NCBI GenBank assembly: GCA_038816475.1
Contig: JAWBAI010000009.1
Location: 1 to 63,691, forward strand
Reading direction: 5' to 3'
DNA from: Desulfurococcaceae archaeon
GTDB taxonomy: Archaea > Thermoproteota > Thermoprotei_A > Sulfolobales > Desulfurococcaceae
DNA length: 63,691 nt
Position 1 is the stretch's first letter; every line of letters begins with the position of its first letter. Shown here in pieces: positions 9,631 through 19,581 of this stretch. The notes beneath the pieces were generated by a model that saw only the letters and a program-made list of their open reading frames with translations, did not search any database and was not told where the DNA came from. Both the position numbers and the translations under genes were made by a program.

Positions 9631-10599
9631 CTACCGACTAGCATACAACCAGCACTTTACGTATCTGCTCTCTCCGACTCTAATAAACGGTGGTTCTTCC
9701 TTGGAGCATTTCTCAAACATAAATGGACATCGTGGATGTAGACGACAACCTTTTGGTGGATTTGCAGGGTCTCCTATTTCACCTTTAAGGTACACTTTCT
9801 CCAGTCCTATTTCTTCGCTAACTAACGGTATAGCACTCAGTAGTGCTTTTGTGTAGGGATGCAATGGTTCCTTTACGATGCTCTCTACGGGGCCTTCTTC
9901 AACTAGTTGTGCCAAGTACATTACACCAATTCTGTTAGCTATGAGGCTTAAGAGTACAATGTCGTGTGTAATGAACAAAATGGATTGACCATATTTCTTT
10001 TTGAAACCTAAGAGAAGCTCTATTATGGACGTTCTTATTGATGCATCAAGATTACTGGTGGGTTCATCTGCAACTATGTACTTTGGTTTTAGGATCATTG
10101 CACGAGCTATTACAGCTCTCTGTAATTGTCCTCCACTTAGTTCGTGAGGTCTTCTCCGAGCGAAGTCCTCTGAAGGTATTAAGCCAACCTCCTCCAGAGA
10201 CTTGTGAACATGCTCCATAGCTTCACTTTTACTCATTTCGTAGTGGATCATTAAGGGTTCAGCGATCGCTTCACCAATAGTCTGTATGGGGTTAATGGCA
10301 CTGTAGGGATCTTGTGGTATTAATTGCATTTCTCTTCTCAAAGATCTTAGAGCTCTTTCGGGTACTTTCGTGATATCAATACCTTTATAAACAACTCTAC
10401 CTTTAACAGGCTTGTACAATCTCAACGAGACCTTGCCAAGTGTAGATTTTCCACTACCACTTTCTCCAACCAGTCCGTAAATCTCACCTTCTAGTATCCT
10501 CAGAGAAACATGGTCAACCGCTCTTACTCTCTTCTTTCTTCCAAACAAACCAACCTCGAAATCCATGACTACGTTATCCAGTTCTAGGATTACGCTCAC
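9631..10599 (-). CDS. oppF: Oligopeptide ABC transporter ATPase (OppF/DppF)
   Basis: GESGSGKS, LSGGQ, ADEPT, HPYT, C-terminal GCRLHPRC Fe-S motif. Confidence 0.95.
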   Translation of the reverse strand: MSVILELDNVVMDFEVGLFGRKKRVRAVDHVSLRILEGEIYGLVGESGSGKSTLGKVSLRLYKPVKGRVVYKGIDITKVPERALRSLRREMQLIPQDPYSAINPIQTIGEAIAEPLMIHYEMSKSEAMEHVHKSLEEVGLIPSEDFARRRPHELSGGQLQRAVIARAMILKPKYIVADEPTSNLDASIRTSIIELLLGFKKKYGQSILFITHDIVLLSLIANRIGVMYLAQLVEEGPVESIVKEPLHPYTKALLSAIPLVSEEIGLEKVYLKGEIGDPANPPKGCRLHPRCPFMFEKCSKEEPPFIRVGESRYVKCWLYASR

Positions 10600-11555
10600 T
10601 CGCTATCACCAAGTAGATGACAAGCTACGAAGTGACCGCGTTTGACCTCTCTTAGAAGAGGTGTACTTAGCTTACACTTCTCCCGCGCGTACTTGCATCT
10701 CGGGTGAAAAACGCACCCAGATGGCGGGTTCCGTAGGTCTGGTGGATATCCCGGAAGAGACTTAGGAATTTTTCTCTGAGATATTCTTGGTAGCGACTCG
10801 AAGAGTGCTCTTGTGTAGGGATGTACCATGTTTGATACTAGTTCGTCTTTCTCAGCTAGTTCCATTACGTGACCACCATACATCACCATCACTGTATCAG
10901 CTCTTTCCAGCGCTAAAGCTAAGTCGTGTGTTATGAGAACTACTGAAGTACCTGCACGTTTTCTAATGTCATCAATCAAGTCCATTATTTGTCTTTGAAC
11001 GATAACATCGAGCGCTGTGGTTGGCTCATCTGCAACAACTACATCTGGGTTTAGTGCTACAGCCATCGCTATTGAAACCCTCTGCTTCTGGCCTCCACTG
11101 AGTTGATGAGGATACAAGTCTACAGTTCTCTCCGGTAAACCCACAGCTAGCAGAACCTCCTTGATCATAGACCTTGCCTTGGCCTGGTCAACACCATGCT
11201 CTAAGAGAAACTCCTCAAACTGTGAACCAACTTTTCTCAAGGGATCTAGTGTTGTGAAGGGGTCTTGAAAGATCATTGATACCCTGCTACCTCTGATCTT
11301 TCTGATTTCCTCGTTGCTTAACCTCAGTAAATCTAATCCATCAAGCAGTACTTGTCCTCGCACAACCCTACCTGGTTTCGGAACCATGTTTAGTAAAGCG
11401 TATCCCAGAGTAGATTTTCCACTACCACTTTCTCCAACTACAGCTATCATTTCACCTTTACGGAGTTGGAAACTTACACCTGAAACAGCGTGTACAATTC
11501 CACTCAGCGTGTAGTACTTAATCCATAGATCGCTTACTTCTAGTATCTTCCTCAA
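10596..11555 (-). CDS. oppD: Oligopeptide ABC transporter ATPase (OppD/DppD)
   Basis: GESGSGKS, YPHQLSGGQ, ADEPTTALD, HPYT. Confidence 0.95.
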   Translation of the reverse strand: MRKILEVSDLWIKYYTLSGIVHAVSGVSFQLRKGEMIAVVGESGSGKSTLGYALLNMVPKPGRVVRGQVLLDGLDLLRLSNEEIRKIRGSRVSMIFQDPFTTLDPLRKVGSQFEEFLLEHGVDQAKARSMIKEVLLAVGLPERTVDLYPHQLSGGQKQRVSIAMAVALNPDVVVADEPTTALDVIVQRQIMDLIDDIRKRAGTSVVLITHDLALALERADTVMVMYGGHVMELAEKDELVSNMVHPYTRALFESLPRISQRKIPKSLPGYPPDLRNPPSGCVFHPRCKYAREKCKLSTPLLREVKRGHFVACHLLGDSE

Positions 11556-11561
11556 GCTACC

Positions 11562-12395
11562 TTACCTCTTTAGCGATGATCTTGAAATACCTTCACTTAT
11601 AAGCGCAAAGCCTATTGCAAGTAGTGTAATCATGGCTCCTGGGAAGAGAAGCATCCACCATGCACCAGCTAGTACAAACCCTCTACCTTTGTAGAGATCA
11701 AACCCCCAGTCAGGTGTAGGTGGTTGAACTGTAAGACCCATGAAGCTTAATGCAGCCTCCGTGAGAATAGCATCTGCACTATTCATACTGAAAACAACCA
11801 TTAATGTTTGTGTTAGGTGTGGAAGAATATGCTTTAAGATTATTTTCGCTGGTGGTATTCCAAGAGCCTTAGCCATTTCGATAAAAAGCTCGTTCTTAAA
11901 ACTTAGAACTTGTCCTCTAATCATGCGGAAGTATGTTGGTATGTATACAACAGCTATTGCTATAGCAGCATTTAGAGGACTGGGACCCAGTGCAACGGAT
12001 AGTGCTATTGCTAGTATTAGAGGTGGAAAAGCATATATAGAGTCCATTACAAACGACAACACGCGGTCCGGGAGTCCACCAACGTAACCACTTATAAGCC
12101 CTAAAACTGTTCCTACAACTCCGCTCAAAGATACAGCAATCGCCACAATAGTAAGCATTATTCGTGAACCATAAATTACTCTTGACAATATATCTCGCCC
12201 AAGATTATCCGTTCCCATCAAGTACTGCAGAGAGGGTGGGTGAAGAGGTGGGCCCACGCTCTCGACCGGTGAGTACGGGGAGATGACATCGGCTAAGAGA
12301 GCCATCAACGCAAAGAACACTACTATGGCTAGCCCTACTAAGAAGTACAGGTTTCTAGTAATAGCTGAGCTTCCAAGTACTTTGTAGAAACGCAC
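11562..12395 (-). CDS. oppC: Oligopeptide ABC permease (OppC/DppC)
   Basis: GTDNLGRD, EAA-loop-like FIEMAKALG, PPTPDWG. Confidence 0.93.
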   Translation of the reverse strand: MRFYKVLGSSAITRNLYFLVGLAIVVFFALMALLADVISPYSPVESVGPPLHPPSLQYLMGTDNLGRDILSRVIYGSRIMLTIVAIAVSLSGVVGTVLGLISGYVGGLPDRVLSFVMDSIYAFPPLILAIALSVALGPSPLNAAIAIAVVYIPTYFRMIRGQVLSFKNELFIEMAKALGIPPAKIILKHILPHLTQTLMVVFSMNSADAILTEAALSFMGLTVQPPTPDWGFDLYKGRGFVLAGAWWMLLFPGAMITLLAIGFALISEGISRSSLKR

Positions 12396-13405
12396 TAGTA
12401 CCTCACCCTGGGATCTATTAGAGCGTAGATCAGGTCAACAATAAGGCTAGTTAGTCCAACTATTATCGCGAATATTATGATAACAGCTTGAATAGCTGTG
12501 TAATCACGATACATAACTTTATCAACTAGGTATGTTCCTATCCCAGGCCAGCTGAACGTTGTTTCTGTTAGTACAGCTCCTCCCATCAACAGTGCGAATT
12601 GTAAACCAGTATAGGTTACTATGGGTATGAGAACATGTTTAAACGCATGACGTAGAATACGTTCTTCTCTTACTCCTCTAGATCTATACGCTACTATGAT
12701 CTTGGATTCCATTATCTGCTCCATGTTGTTCAAAGTCAACCTCATGTATGGACCTGATATAACCAAACCCAGGGTAAAAGCCGGCAATACAATGTGCTTT
12801 AAAGCATCCAAGAACGCTACTAAATCCAGTTGAAGAACAGCATCTACTGTATATAGTCCTGTTACCGGTTTAATGAAGACTCCAGCGGATAATCTACCTC
12901 CGGTTGGTAATAAATTAAGCCATCTTGAAAACACGAGCTGTAAAGAGAGCCCGAGAGCGGGTATAAATAGCACGAAAACCACGGACCCGAGTAGCCTAGT
13001 AAATGCCTTAATAATTTCACTTCTACAACGAGCACTGAAGTAGCCTATACCTACGCCTATCATGATACTGAAGGCTATTGCCCAAATGGAGAGCTCTAGC
13101 GTTGCTGGTAATCTATCCCAAACATCGCGGGCTATCGGTCTTCCACGTATGATCATGGATTTCCCCATATCCCCCATGGTGAAGTTCAATAAGTACTCAA
13201 AGTACTGCAGGTAAAGTGGCTTATCTAAGCCAAGATCCCTCATAATAGCTTTCAGCTGCTCCTCTGGAATACTCTTTGTACCTAATGTTGCGAGCACCGG
13301 GTTACCTGGAAGTACTCTTAAAACAATGAATACCATCGTGTACAGAACAAGTATTGTTGGAATTATGAGTAGTGCTCTAATTAAAACATAGCGTACTAAC
13401 CCCAT
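12395..13405 (-). CDS. oppB: Oligopeptide ABC permease (OppB/DppB)
   Basis: GLDKPLYLQY, LPATLEL, ETTFSWPGIG, DPRVRY. Confidence 0.95.
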   Translation of the reverse strand: MGLVRYVLIRALLIIPTILVLYTMVFIVLRVLPGNPVLATLGTKSIPEEQLKAIMRDLGLDKPLYLQYFEYLLNFTMGDMGKSMIIRGRPIARDVWDRLPATLELSIWAIAFSIMIGVGIGYFSARCRSEIIKAFTRLLGSVVFVLFIPALGLSLQLVFSRWLNLLPTGGRLSAGVFIKPVTGLYTVDAVLQLDLVAFLDALKHIVLPAFTLGLVISGPYMRLTLNNMEQIMESKIIVAYRSRGVREERILRHAFKHVLIPIVTYTGLQFALLMGGAVLTETTFSWPGIGTYLVDKVMYRDYTAIQAVIIIFAIIVGLTSLIVDLIYALIDPRVRY

Positions 13406-13487
13406 TACTATAGCCCCGGGTTCTTATCTCCACGAGTTTACAGTAATAAAGCTATTTAAAATATGATGCACTACCTTATTATCTTGG

Positions 13488-15065
13488 GTGAGATCTTTGA
13501 AAAAGCGAATCCTAGTAGCTGTAGCTATTGCAATCGTAGTGATCATTGCAGTATTCGCGCTCCTCTTATACCCGAGAGCTCCAGTAACACCTGGTTATGC
13601 TGAAACAGTTGTTATAGGCGTAACTGATAAGGTTACAGACTTGGATCCCTCGAACGCCTACGACTTCTTTACATGGGAAGTTCTATCTAATATCATGGAG
13701 GGACTAGTTAAGTACAAGCCTGGAACGGATGAGCTAGTTCCAGGTATAGCTGAGAAGTGGGATGTTCTCGACAATGGTGCCGTTTGGATATTCTACTTGA
13801 AGAAGAACGTTACCATGTGCGATGGAAGACGAGTCAATGCACAGGACGTTGTTAGAAGCATTAAGCGTGTAATGACTATTCAGGGAGACCCATCTTGGCT
13901 TGTTACAGAGTTCGTCGAAGACGTAGTTGCTCTCGATGACTATACAGTTAAGTTTGTTCTCAAAACTCCAGCTAGCTACTTCTTAGCTGTTGTTGCTACT
14001 CCACCGTACTTCCCTGTGCATCCTAACTACCCGGACAATGAAATAGTGAGTGATGCAACATGGGGTGGTGCAGGTCCTTACTGTATAAAGGAGTTCAAGA
14101 GGGATGAGTACATAGTACTCGAGGCGAACCCGTACTATCACGGTGAACAACCCAAGACTAGAAGGGTGATCATAAAGTTTTACAGAGATGCTACAGCACT
14201 TAGACTAGCACTCGAGAAAGGTGAGATTGACATCGCGTGGAGAACACTAAGACCTCAGGACTACGTAGACCTTGCAAAGAATCCCAATTTCGTTGTTAGT
14301 TCAATACCTGGGACCTTCATAAGGTACATCATTATAAGTACGAAAATGGACCCGGTGAGCAACGTTCTTGTCAGAAGAGCAATAGCGGCAGCGATAAACA
14401 GAACAGAGCTTGCGGAGAGAGTGTTCTTCAATACAATGACACCACTCTACAGTCTTGTTCCAGCTGGTATGTGGAGTCACATTGATGCATTTAAGGAAAA
14501 GTATGGAACTGGACCTAATATTACACTAGCAAGAGAACTTCTTAGACAAGCAGGCTATAGTGAAGAGAACAAACTGTTGATAGAGCTATGGTATACTCCA
14601 ACACACTACGGTGATACAGAAGCGGATCTTGCAGCATTAATCAAAAGCCAGTTAGAAGCTACAGGTATGATCAGAGTTGAGATCAAGAGTGCTGAGTGGG
14701 CAACCTACGTGGACAATGCTAGAAACGCGAGAATGATGTTAAGTCTATTTGGCTGGTATCCAGACTACATAGACCCAGACAACTTCCTAACACCGTTCCT
14801 GATGAGCACAGCTAACAAGTGGACTGGCTCTCAATACGCGAATCCAACCGTTGATGATCTACTGAGAAACGCTATGATCGAGGTAGATAAAGACAAGAGA
14901 ATAACTATTTATGAGCAGGTTCAAAGAATACTAGCAGATGACGTTCCATTCATACCACTATTACAGGGTAACTTAATGATCGTGTATGCTAAGAACGTGC
15001 ATGACGTAATTGTAGGTCCACCAATGCTACTACCATACTATACAATATACAAGACCACAGGCTAA
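13488..15065 (+). CDS. Peptide ABC substrate-binding protein (SBP family 5), divergent from the permeases
   Basis: N-terminal TM anchor; LDP, EGLV, PGIAEKW, VRRAIAAAINR, GWYPDYIDPDNFL. Confidence 0.93.
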   Translation: MRSLKKRILVAVAIAIVVIIAVFALLLYPRAPVTPGYAETVVIGVTDKVTDLDPSNAYDFFTWEVLSNIMEGLVKYKPGTDELVPGIAEKWDVLDNGAVWIFYLKKNVTMCDGRRVNAQDVVRSIKRVMTIQGDPSWLVTEFVEDVVALDDYTVKFVLKTPASYFLAVVATPPYFPVHPNYPDNEIVSDATWGGAGPYCIKEFKRDEYIVLEANPYYHGEQPKTRRVIIKFYRDATALRLALEKGEIDIAWRTLRPQDYVDLAKNPNFVVSSIPGTFIRYIIISTKMDPVSNVLVRRAIAAAINRTELAERVFFNTMTPLYSLVPAGMWSHIDAFKEKYGTGPNITLARELLRQAGYSEENKLLIELWYTPTHYGDTEADLAALIKSQLEATGMIRVEIKSAEWATYVDNARNARMMLSLFGWYPDYIDPDNFLTPFLMSTANKWTGSQYANPTVDDLLRNAMIEVDKDKRITIYEQVQRILADDVPFIPLLQGNLMIVYAKNVHDVIVGPPMLLPYYTIYKTTG

Positions 15066-15310
15066 CCATTATTTCTAGCATCAACGCTTAACGCAAAAGG
15101 TTTTATTCAATATTTTTCTTACCTTAGTTCGAAGAAGAATAGTTCGGTATTTTCAGCTTCTTTTTCTACTATGTACAAGATAGAAGCTAGGACCATGTTT
15201 AACATGTACTAAGGATTGCTCGAAGGGTTGTTCAAAAGATTATCCGATTATTTACAAGCTTACTCGTTGTATACAGCGTAGCTTTAACCCTGTATGCATT
15301 TGATAAGTAA

Positions 15311-15544
15311 ATGATGTTGTTTCTGAGCGAAGTACTATGTATACGTATATCAAGGGAGTTGAAGAGGAAGATTAAGGAGCTAAGTAGAGTAAACTGAAAA
15401 GATAAGATAGTATTGTTTCTAACTGAGAGAGTTAAGTACTACGAGAGACTAAGATTTATCCGCGAGGTACGTAGAGTAATCGAGAGTATAACTGAAGCTG
15501 AGCCAGGAACAGCCGTCAAGTACACAAGGAAGGATCGTGAATAG
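15311..15544 (+). pseudogene. vapB: VapB-type (RHH) antitoxin pseudogene
   Basis: LSEVLCIRISRELKRKIKELSRVN*KDKIVLFLTERV...RKDRE; in-frame TGA at 15395 where Trp is typical (VNW). Confidence 0.65.
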
Positions 15545-15744
15545 TAATTGATGCTTCAGCACTAGCTAAGTACCTGCTAAGGGAACTAGGTTACATCACG
15601 GTTGAACAGTACTTGATCAAAGGTGCTCAATCGGTTGACCACGTATTGAAGGAGGTATCCAATGCTATATGGAAACATGCCATCGTATACAGAAGAGTAC
15701 CGCTGCATCTCGTAAGGAACTGCACAGAGCGCTTCTACATCTAA
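15537..15744 (+). pseudogene. vapC: VapC PIN-domain toxin pseudogene (start frameshifted, truncated)
   Basis: IVIDASALAKYLLRE...LKEVSNAIWKH from 15541; GTG start is out of frame by one base; stop at 15742-15744. Confidence 0.7.
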
Positions 15745-15992
15745 ACACCCCGCTCATTTGAATTATGTGCAAAAGAGAATTAAGCAAGTAACGTTCTCGT
15801 AGTCTTTGAAAGTTTAACGAATTACGAAAAACATTGTTGAGGAAATCTTAGAGATCCCTCACTGTTACATAGTTCGGAGTTCTCGGAAGACTTCGTGTAT
15901 AAGGTCTTAACTAAAAGCTAGTCGACCTGCTTTTCTCCAGAAGATAAATATGAAAAACTTGGCGAGTTCTTCGGAGTATTAGCTGTGTCACC

Positions 15993-16160
15993 TTAATTAC
16001 GAGCTGAATGTTTCGGAGCTAAGGTAGTGTAGATTTTAATAGCGTTGGCAGTTTTCCTTAAGCTCACATACTCGTTCATGGCATGGACTTCTTCGCTACT
16101 GTCTTCAAACGTGATCGCTTTAATACCTGCGTTACCTAATAAAGTCATTTCCATGAAACC
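15993..16160 (-). pseudogene. C-terminal fragment of an M20 (ArgE/DapE) peptidase/deacylase
   Basis: GFMEMTLLGNAGIKAITFEDSSEEVHAMNEYVSL...IKIY resembles the M20 C-terminal GIP..FGPG..AH..NEY motif. Confidence 0.5.
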
Positions 16161-16199
16161 TGTTTCACGCTCACAAATGGAAGATGCTCTGTAACCGCC

Positions 16200-17008
16200 T
16201 TAGCTATTCTAGCTATATGGGCTGTTTCCGTTGATGTAGCCATTTGATGGACACTAAGATATGCTAGAAAAGTTAAGGTGGATCCCACGAAGAGCTTAAT
16301 GTACGGAATAGAAGTTCCTATAAAGCCTAGACCCGTGGAAGAGCTGGTGAAAACTCCTTTGACATTGCGCAGAGCGCTTGCTCTAGCTTTCTTCATGGCA
16401 GCTTTCGTTATTCTTGTATATGGTGTATTCGTTCTTGAATGGTGGTTTACTGAAATGTCTGCTCTATTTGTCGCGATGGCTGTAGTAATAGGGCTTGTTG
16501 GAGGATTAGGCTTTAGTGGTACCTTCGCGAAGTTTGTTGACGCGCAATGAGCTTGACCTACAGTGCACTCATAGTTGGTTTTGCAAGATCCATTTCCATA
16601 GCCTTGAGAAAGGGCAGAATACTCGATACTGTAGTTTACTACCTCGCTGAACCACTACGGGGAGCACCCTCAGCAATACTCGCAATAGGGCATCTCGCTG
16701 TTCAAACAGCTATAGATTTCTTCATACCATCAGGTAGTGGTCAAGCTGTTGCAATAATGCCAATAATGATCCCTGTAGCTGACATAACTGGTGTACTCAG
16801 ACAGGTGGCTGTACAAGCGTTCGTATTCGGAGATGGTATTACTAACTTAATATGGTCTACAGCTGGTGTAATGATGGCGGCTATAGGCATGATCAACCTC
16901 CCCTACAGCAAGTGGCTAAAATGGGTGTTACCGTTAGCGTTAATATGGTACGCCATTGCAATCGTAGTCTTAGTGCTTGGGCAAGTACTCGGATGGGGCC
17001 CATTCTGA
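16200..17008 (+). pseudogene. YfcC/ArcD-like (DcuC-family) transporter, N-truncated and frameshifted near 16547
   Basis: YARKVKVDPTKSLMY, WWFTEMSALF, FFIPSGSGQA, FGDGITN, PYSKWLKW split over ORFs 16278-16550 and 16547-17008. Confidence 0.8.
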
Positions 17009-17216
17009 ATAAGCAAGCTATTCTAACCTTCAACTTAATTCATTTATTTATTTTTATTTTGAAACTCAACTAACACCTTATTAGCTTAAAAGCACGTCCC
17101 CAACACGATGTTAGCACACGATCTAGCACTACAAAAGATTTTAATGGAACTGTAGTAGCTCCTTGCTCAAGAAGAGCTTTATGATGAAGGTAGAAAGAGA
17201 AAAACAAAAAAGTGAA

Positions 17217-18998
17217 TTAAGAAGTGTAGAAGGATGTTGGTAATGGCCATGGATGTAGCTTTAGGTATGGTCCTGCAAAATAGCCTGGTACATGTGCCGT
17301 TAGAACGTCAACTACGTAGGGTTCCCCGGATTTAAGGGCCTCTTTTACAGCTGGCTTGATCTCTTCTGGTTTAGTGATCCTAGTTGCTCTGCAACCCATT
17401 GCTTCTGCGAGTTTAACTATGTCAGGATTCCATGGTGTCTTGGTTTTCTCTTTCATGTAGATAGTGTAGGCTTCTTTACCCAGGAAGTCTTGCATCAGTA
17501 GCGTCTCTATTAGAACAGCAGCGTTATCCATTACTATCCAAACAGCCGGTATATCGTATTCGTATGCTGTTGCAAGTGAGTATAGAACCATGAAGAACGA
17601 GCCATCACCAGTTACAGCTACAGCTGGATGCTCGGGGTTAGCTAGCTTTGCGCCAAGTATTCCTGCAGTTGCAAAGCCCATTTGAGCCCAGTGACCGTTG
17701 GTGCTCACAAACCTGCTATAGGCTTTCCAGAAAGCTGGAGCAAAGGAGTGTGTTAAACCAGTATCGAATAGCACTGACGTCTGACGGTCAACTTCTGCAA
17801 TCACTTCTGAAGCGTCGTGGAACACTCTCGCGTAGTGCAGTGGCGACGTTGAAGAGCCCTTTAGGTCTTTAACAGAGTTCTCCCATTCGATCAAATACTC
17901 CTTGAGTTTTCCAAGCCAAGTATCTGAACCTATCGGTCTCTTTCCAATTCTGGATACTAGTGCTTCATTGAGCGCTCTTAGTGCAAGCTTAGCATCTGAT
18001 ATGATAGCTACTTCCGGTGGATACACCCGCCCTATCTCGATCGGATCTATATCTATGTGTATAAGCTTAGTTTCTTTGGGTATTTTGTAAAGCTGATACC
18101 CGATGGTGTTCATCTCACTAAATCTTGCGCCAATCGCTATGAGAACATCTGCTTCTCTCACAGCTTTTGTTGCATGTCCTGTACCACATATTCCAGCTAC
18201 TCCAAGGCTTAAGGGGTGATCTTCGGGTATTGCTCCTTTACCCATAAACGTTGTAGCTACTGGTATATTGAACGCTTCTGCGAGAGTTCTAAGCTCATCC
18301 CAGGCTTGAGCATTATGTACACCACTACCAGCTAATATCACTGGTCTCTCAGCTCTAATGATAATGTCTGCGGCTTTAGATACAGCCTCCGGGTCTGGCG
18401 CTATTTTAGGAGTTTTAATAGCCTGATCCGGCTCAATCCATATTTTCTCTGTTTCTATTTTATGGTACTGTATGTCAACAGGTATATGCATTGATACAGG
18501 ACCTGGTCTTCCGTTAACTGAGACGTTGGCTGCTCTTGCGAGCATTTCCAGTGCAAGTTCAGGTCTATTCACGTATATTGCTCTCTTAGTTATAGGTTTC
18601 ATAATGTCTACCCAGTGTTCTGGAGCGTACCTGTAGGTTTCCTCAAGTCTACCTTTATCTGTCCAGTGCGTTGGGGTAATTCCCGCTAGCAGAATCAGTG
18701 CGCTAGAATCGAAAAACGCGTTTGCAAGAGCTGGTATAGTGTTTGCTACGCCGGGGCCTGTTGTAACAACCACAATTGAAGGTGGAGGAGAACGCTTCAT
18801 ACGCCAATAAGCGTCAGCCATGAATACGGCTTGGTCTTCTCTACGGGTTACTATACCTGTAATATCACTTTCGTACTTTATTGAGTAAAGTAAGGGCAAG
18901 TCTGTATGGCCAGCATATACAAAGGCGTGTTTAACACCCCATTTGTTAAGGAACCTCACAAGAATTGTTGCTACTCTTTCCTCCAAGGACTTCCCCAT
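17217..18998 (-). CDS. Thiamine-diphosphate enzyme, acetolactate synthase large-subunit family
   Basis: TGPGVAN, GRPGPV, GDGSF...DN ThDP motif; no small subunit nearby. Confidence 0.88.
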   Translation of the reverse strand: MGKSLEERVATILVRFLNKWGVKHAFVYAGHTDLPLLYSIKYESDITGIVTRREDQAVFMADAYWRMKRSPPPSIVVVTTGPGVANTIPALANAFFDSSALILLAGITPTHWTDKGRLEETYRYAPEHWVDIMKPITKRAIYVNRPELALEMLARAANVSVNGRPGPVSMHIPVDIQYHKIETEKIWIEPDQAIKTPKIAPDPEAVSKAADIIIRAERPVILAGSGVHNAQAWDELRTLAEAFNIPVATTFMGKGAIPEDHPLSLGVAGICGTGHATKAVREADVLIAIGARFSEMNTIGYQLYKIPKETKLIHIDIDPIEIGRVYPPEVAIISDAKLALRALNEALVSRIGKRPIGSDTWLGKLKEYLIEWENSVKDLKGSSTSPLHYARVFHDASEVIAEVDRQTSVLFDTGLTHSFAPAFWKAYSRFVSTNGHWAQMGFATAGILGAKLANPEHPAVAVTGDGSFFMVLYSLATAYEYDIPAVWIVMDNAAVLIETLLMQDFLGKEAYTIYMKEKTKTPWNPDIVKLAEAMGCRATRITKPEEIKPAVKEALKSGEPYVVDVLTAHVPGYFAGPYLKLHPWPLPTSFYTS

Positions 18999-19350
18999 TT
19001 ACGTATCATGTCTGTTCGTGTTTTAAGTTTTTCACATTAACAGCTCACATGTGTTCTCAAAAGAACCTAAATTATTAATATCGCGCCATAGTTACCCGTG
19101 CAGATCTCTGTGTTCCCTCAACATAGAGAATAGTTATGTCATCAATCTCGAAGATACCATTACTAGAACATTTACCATTTGTTTAGATAATCATTTGGCA
19201 AAGTTCGTGGCAATCATCTACAGTCCAAGAACGTGCTTATCTATGTTGAAGTCTGTGAAATTGCTATAAAGACAGATATTCAACGATTTTAAGCATATAT
19301 GCTGTACCTATAACATAGTTATAATTACAGGCATAGTGGTGATGTGGATC

Positions 19351-19581
19351 ATGAAGACTGGTGAGCACGTGGACCCTGTATGTGGTATGAGAGTGGATCC
19401 CTCTGCTTCGAAGTACAAAACAATTTACAAGGGCAAAGTGTACTACTTCTGCAGTCTTCACTGCCTTAGGGAGTTTGAGAGAAAACCAGAGTTCTACCTC
19501 CGTGAAGGACCCCAGGGAATGCCCGTTAAGCACGTAGAGCACAACTGGGTGAAGCATCAGCGTGAGAAAGCTCGTGATTAG
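19351..19581 (+). CDS. YHS/TRASH-domain metallochaperone
   Basis: DPVCGM...YYFCSLHC; overlaps the start of the P1B ATPase. Confidence 0.85.
   Translation: MKTGEHVDPVCGMRVDPSASKYKTIYKGKVYYFCSLHCLREFERKPEFYLREGPQGMPVKHVEHNWVKHQREKARD

Noticed and set aside
9392-9856. 154-aa plus-strand ORF
   Set aside because: Half antisense to oppF, no motifs; likely spurious
9631-15065. Possible link between the opp cluster and dead TnpB, as in bacterial oppF-associated TldR
   Set aside because: More than 9 kb apart with unrelated genes between; no guide match seen
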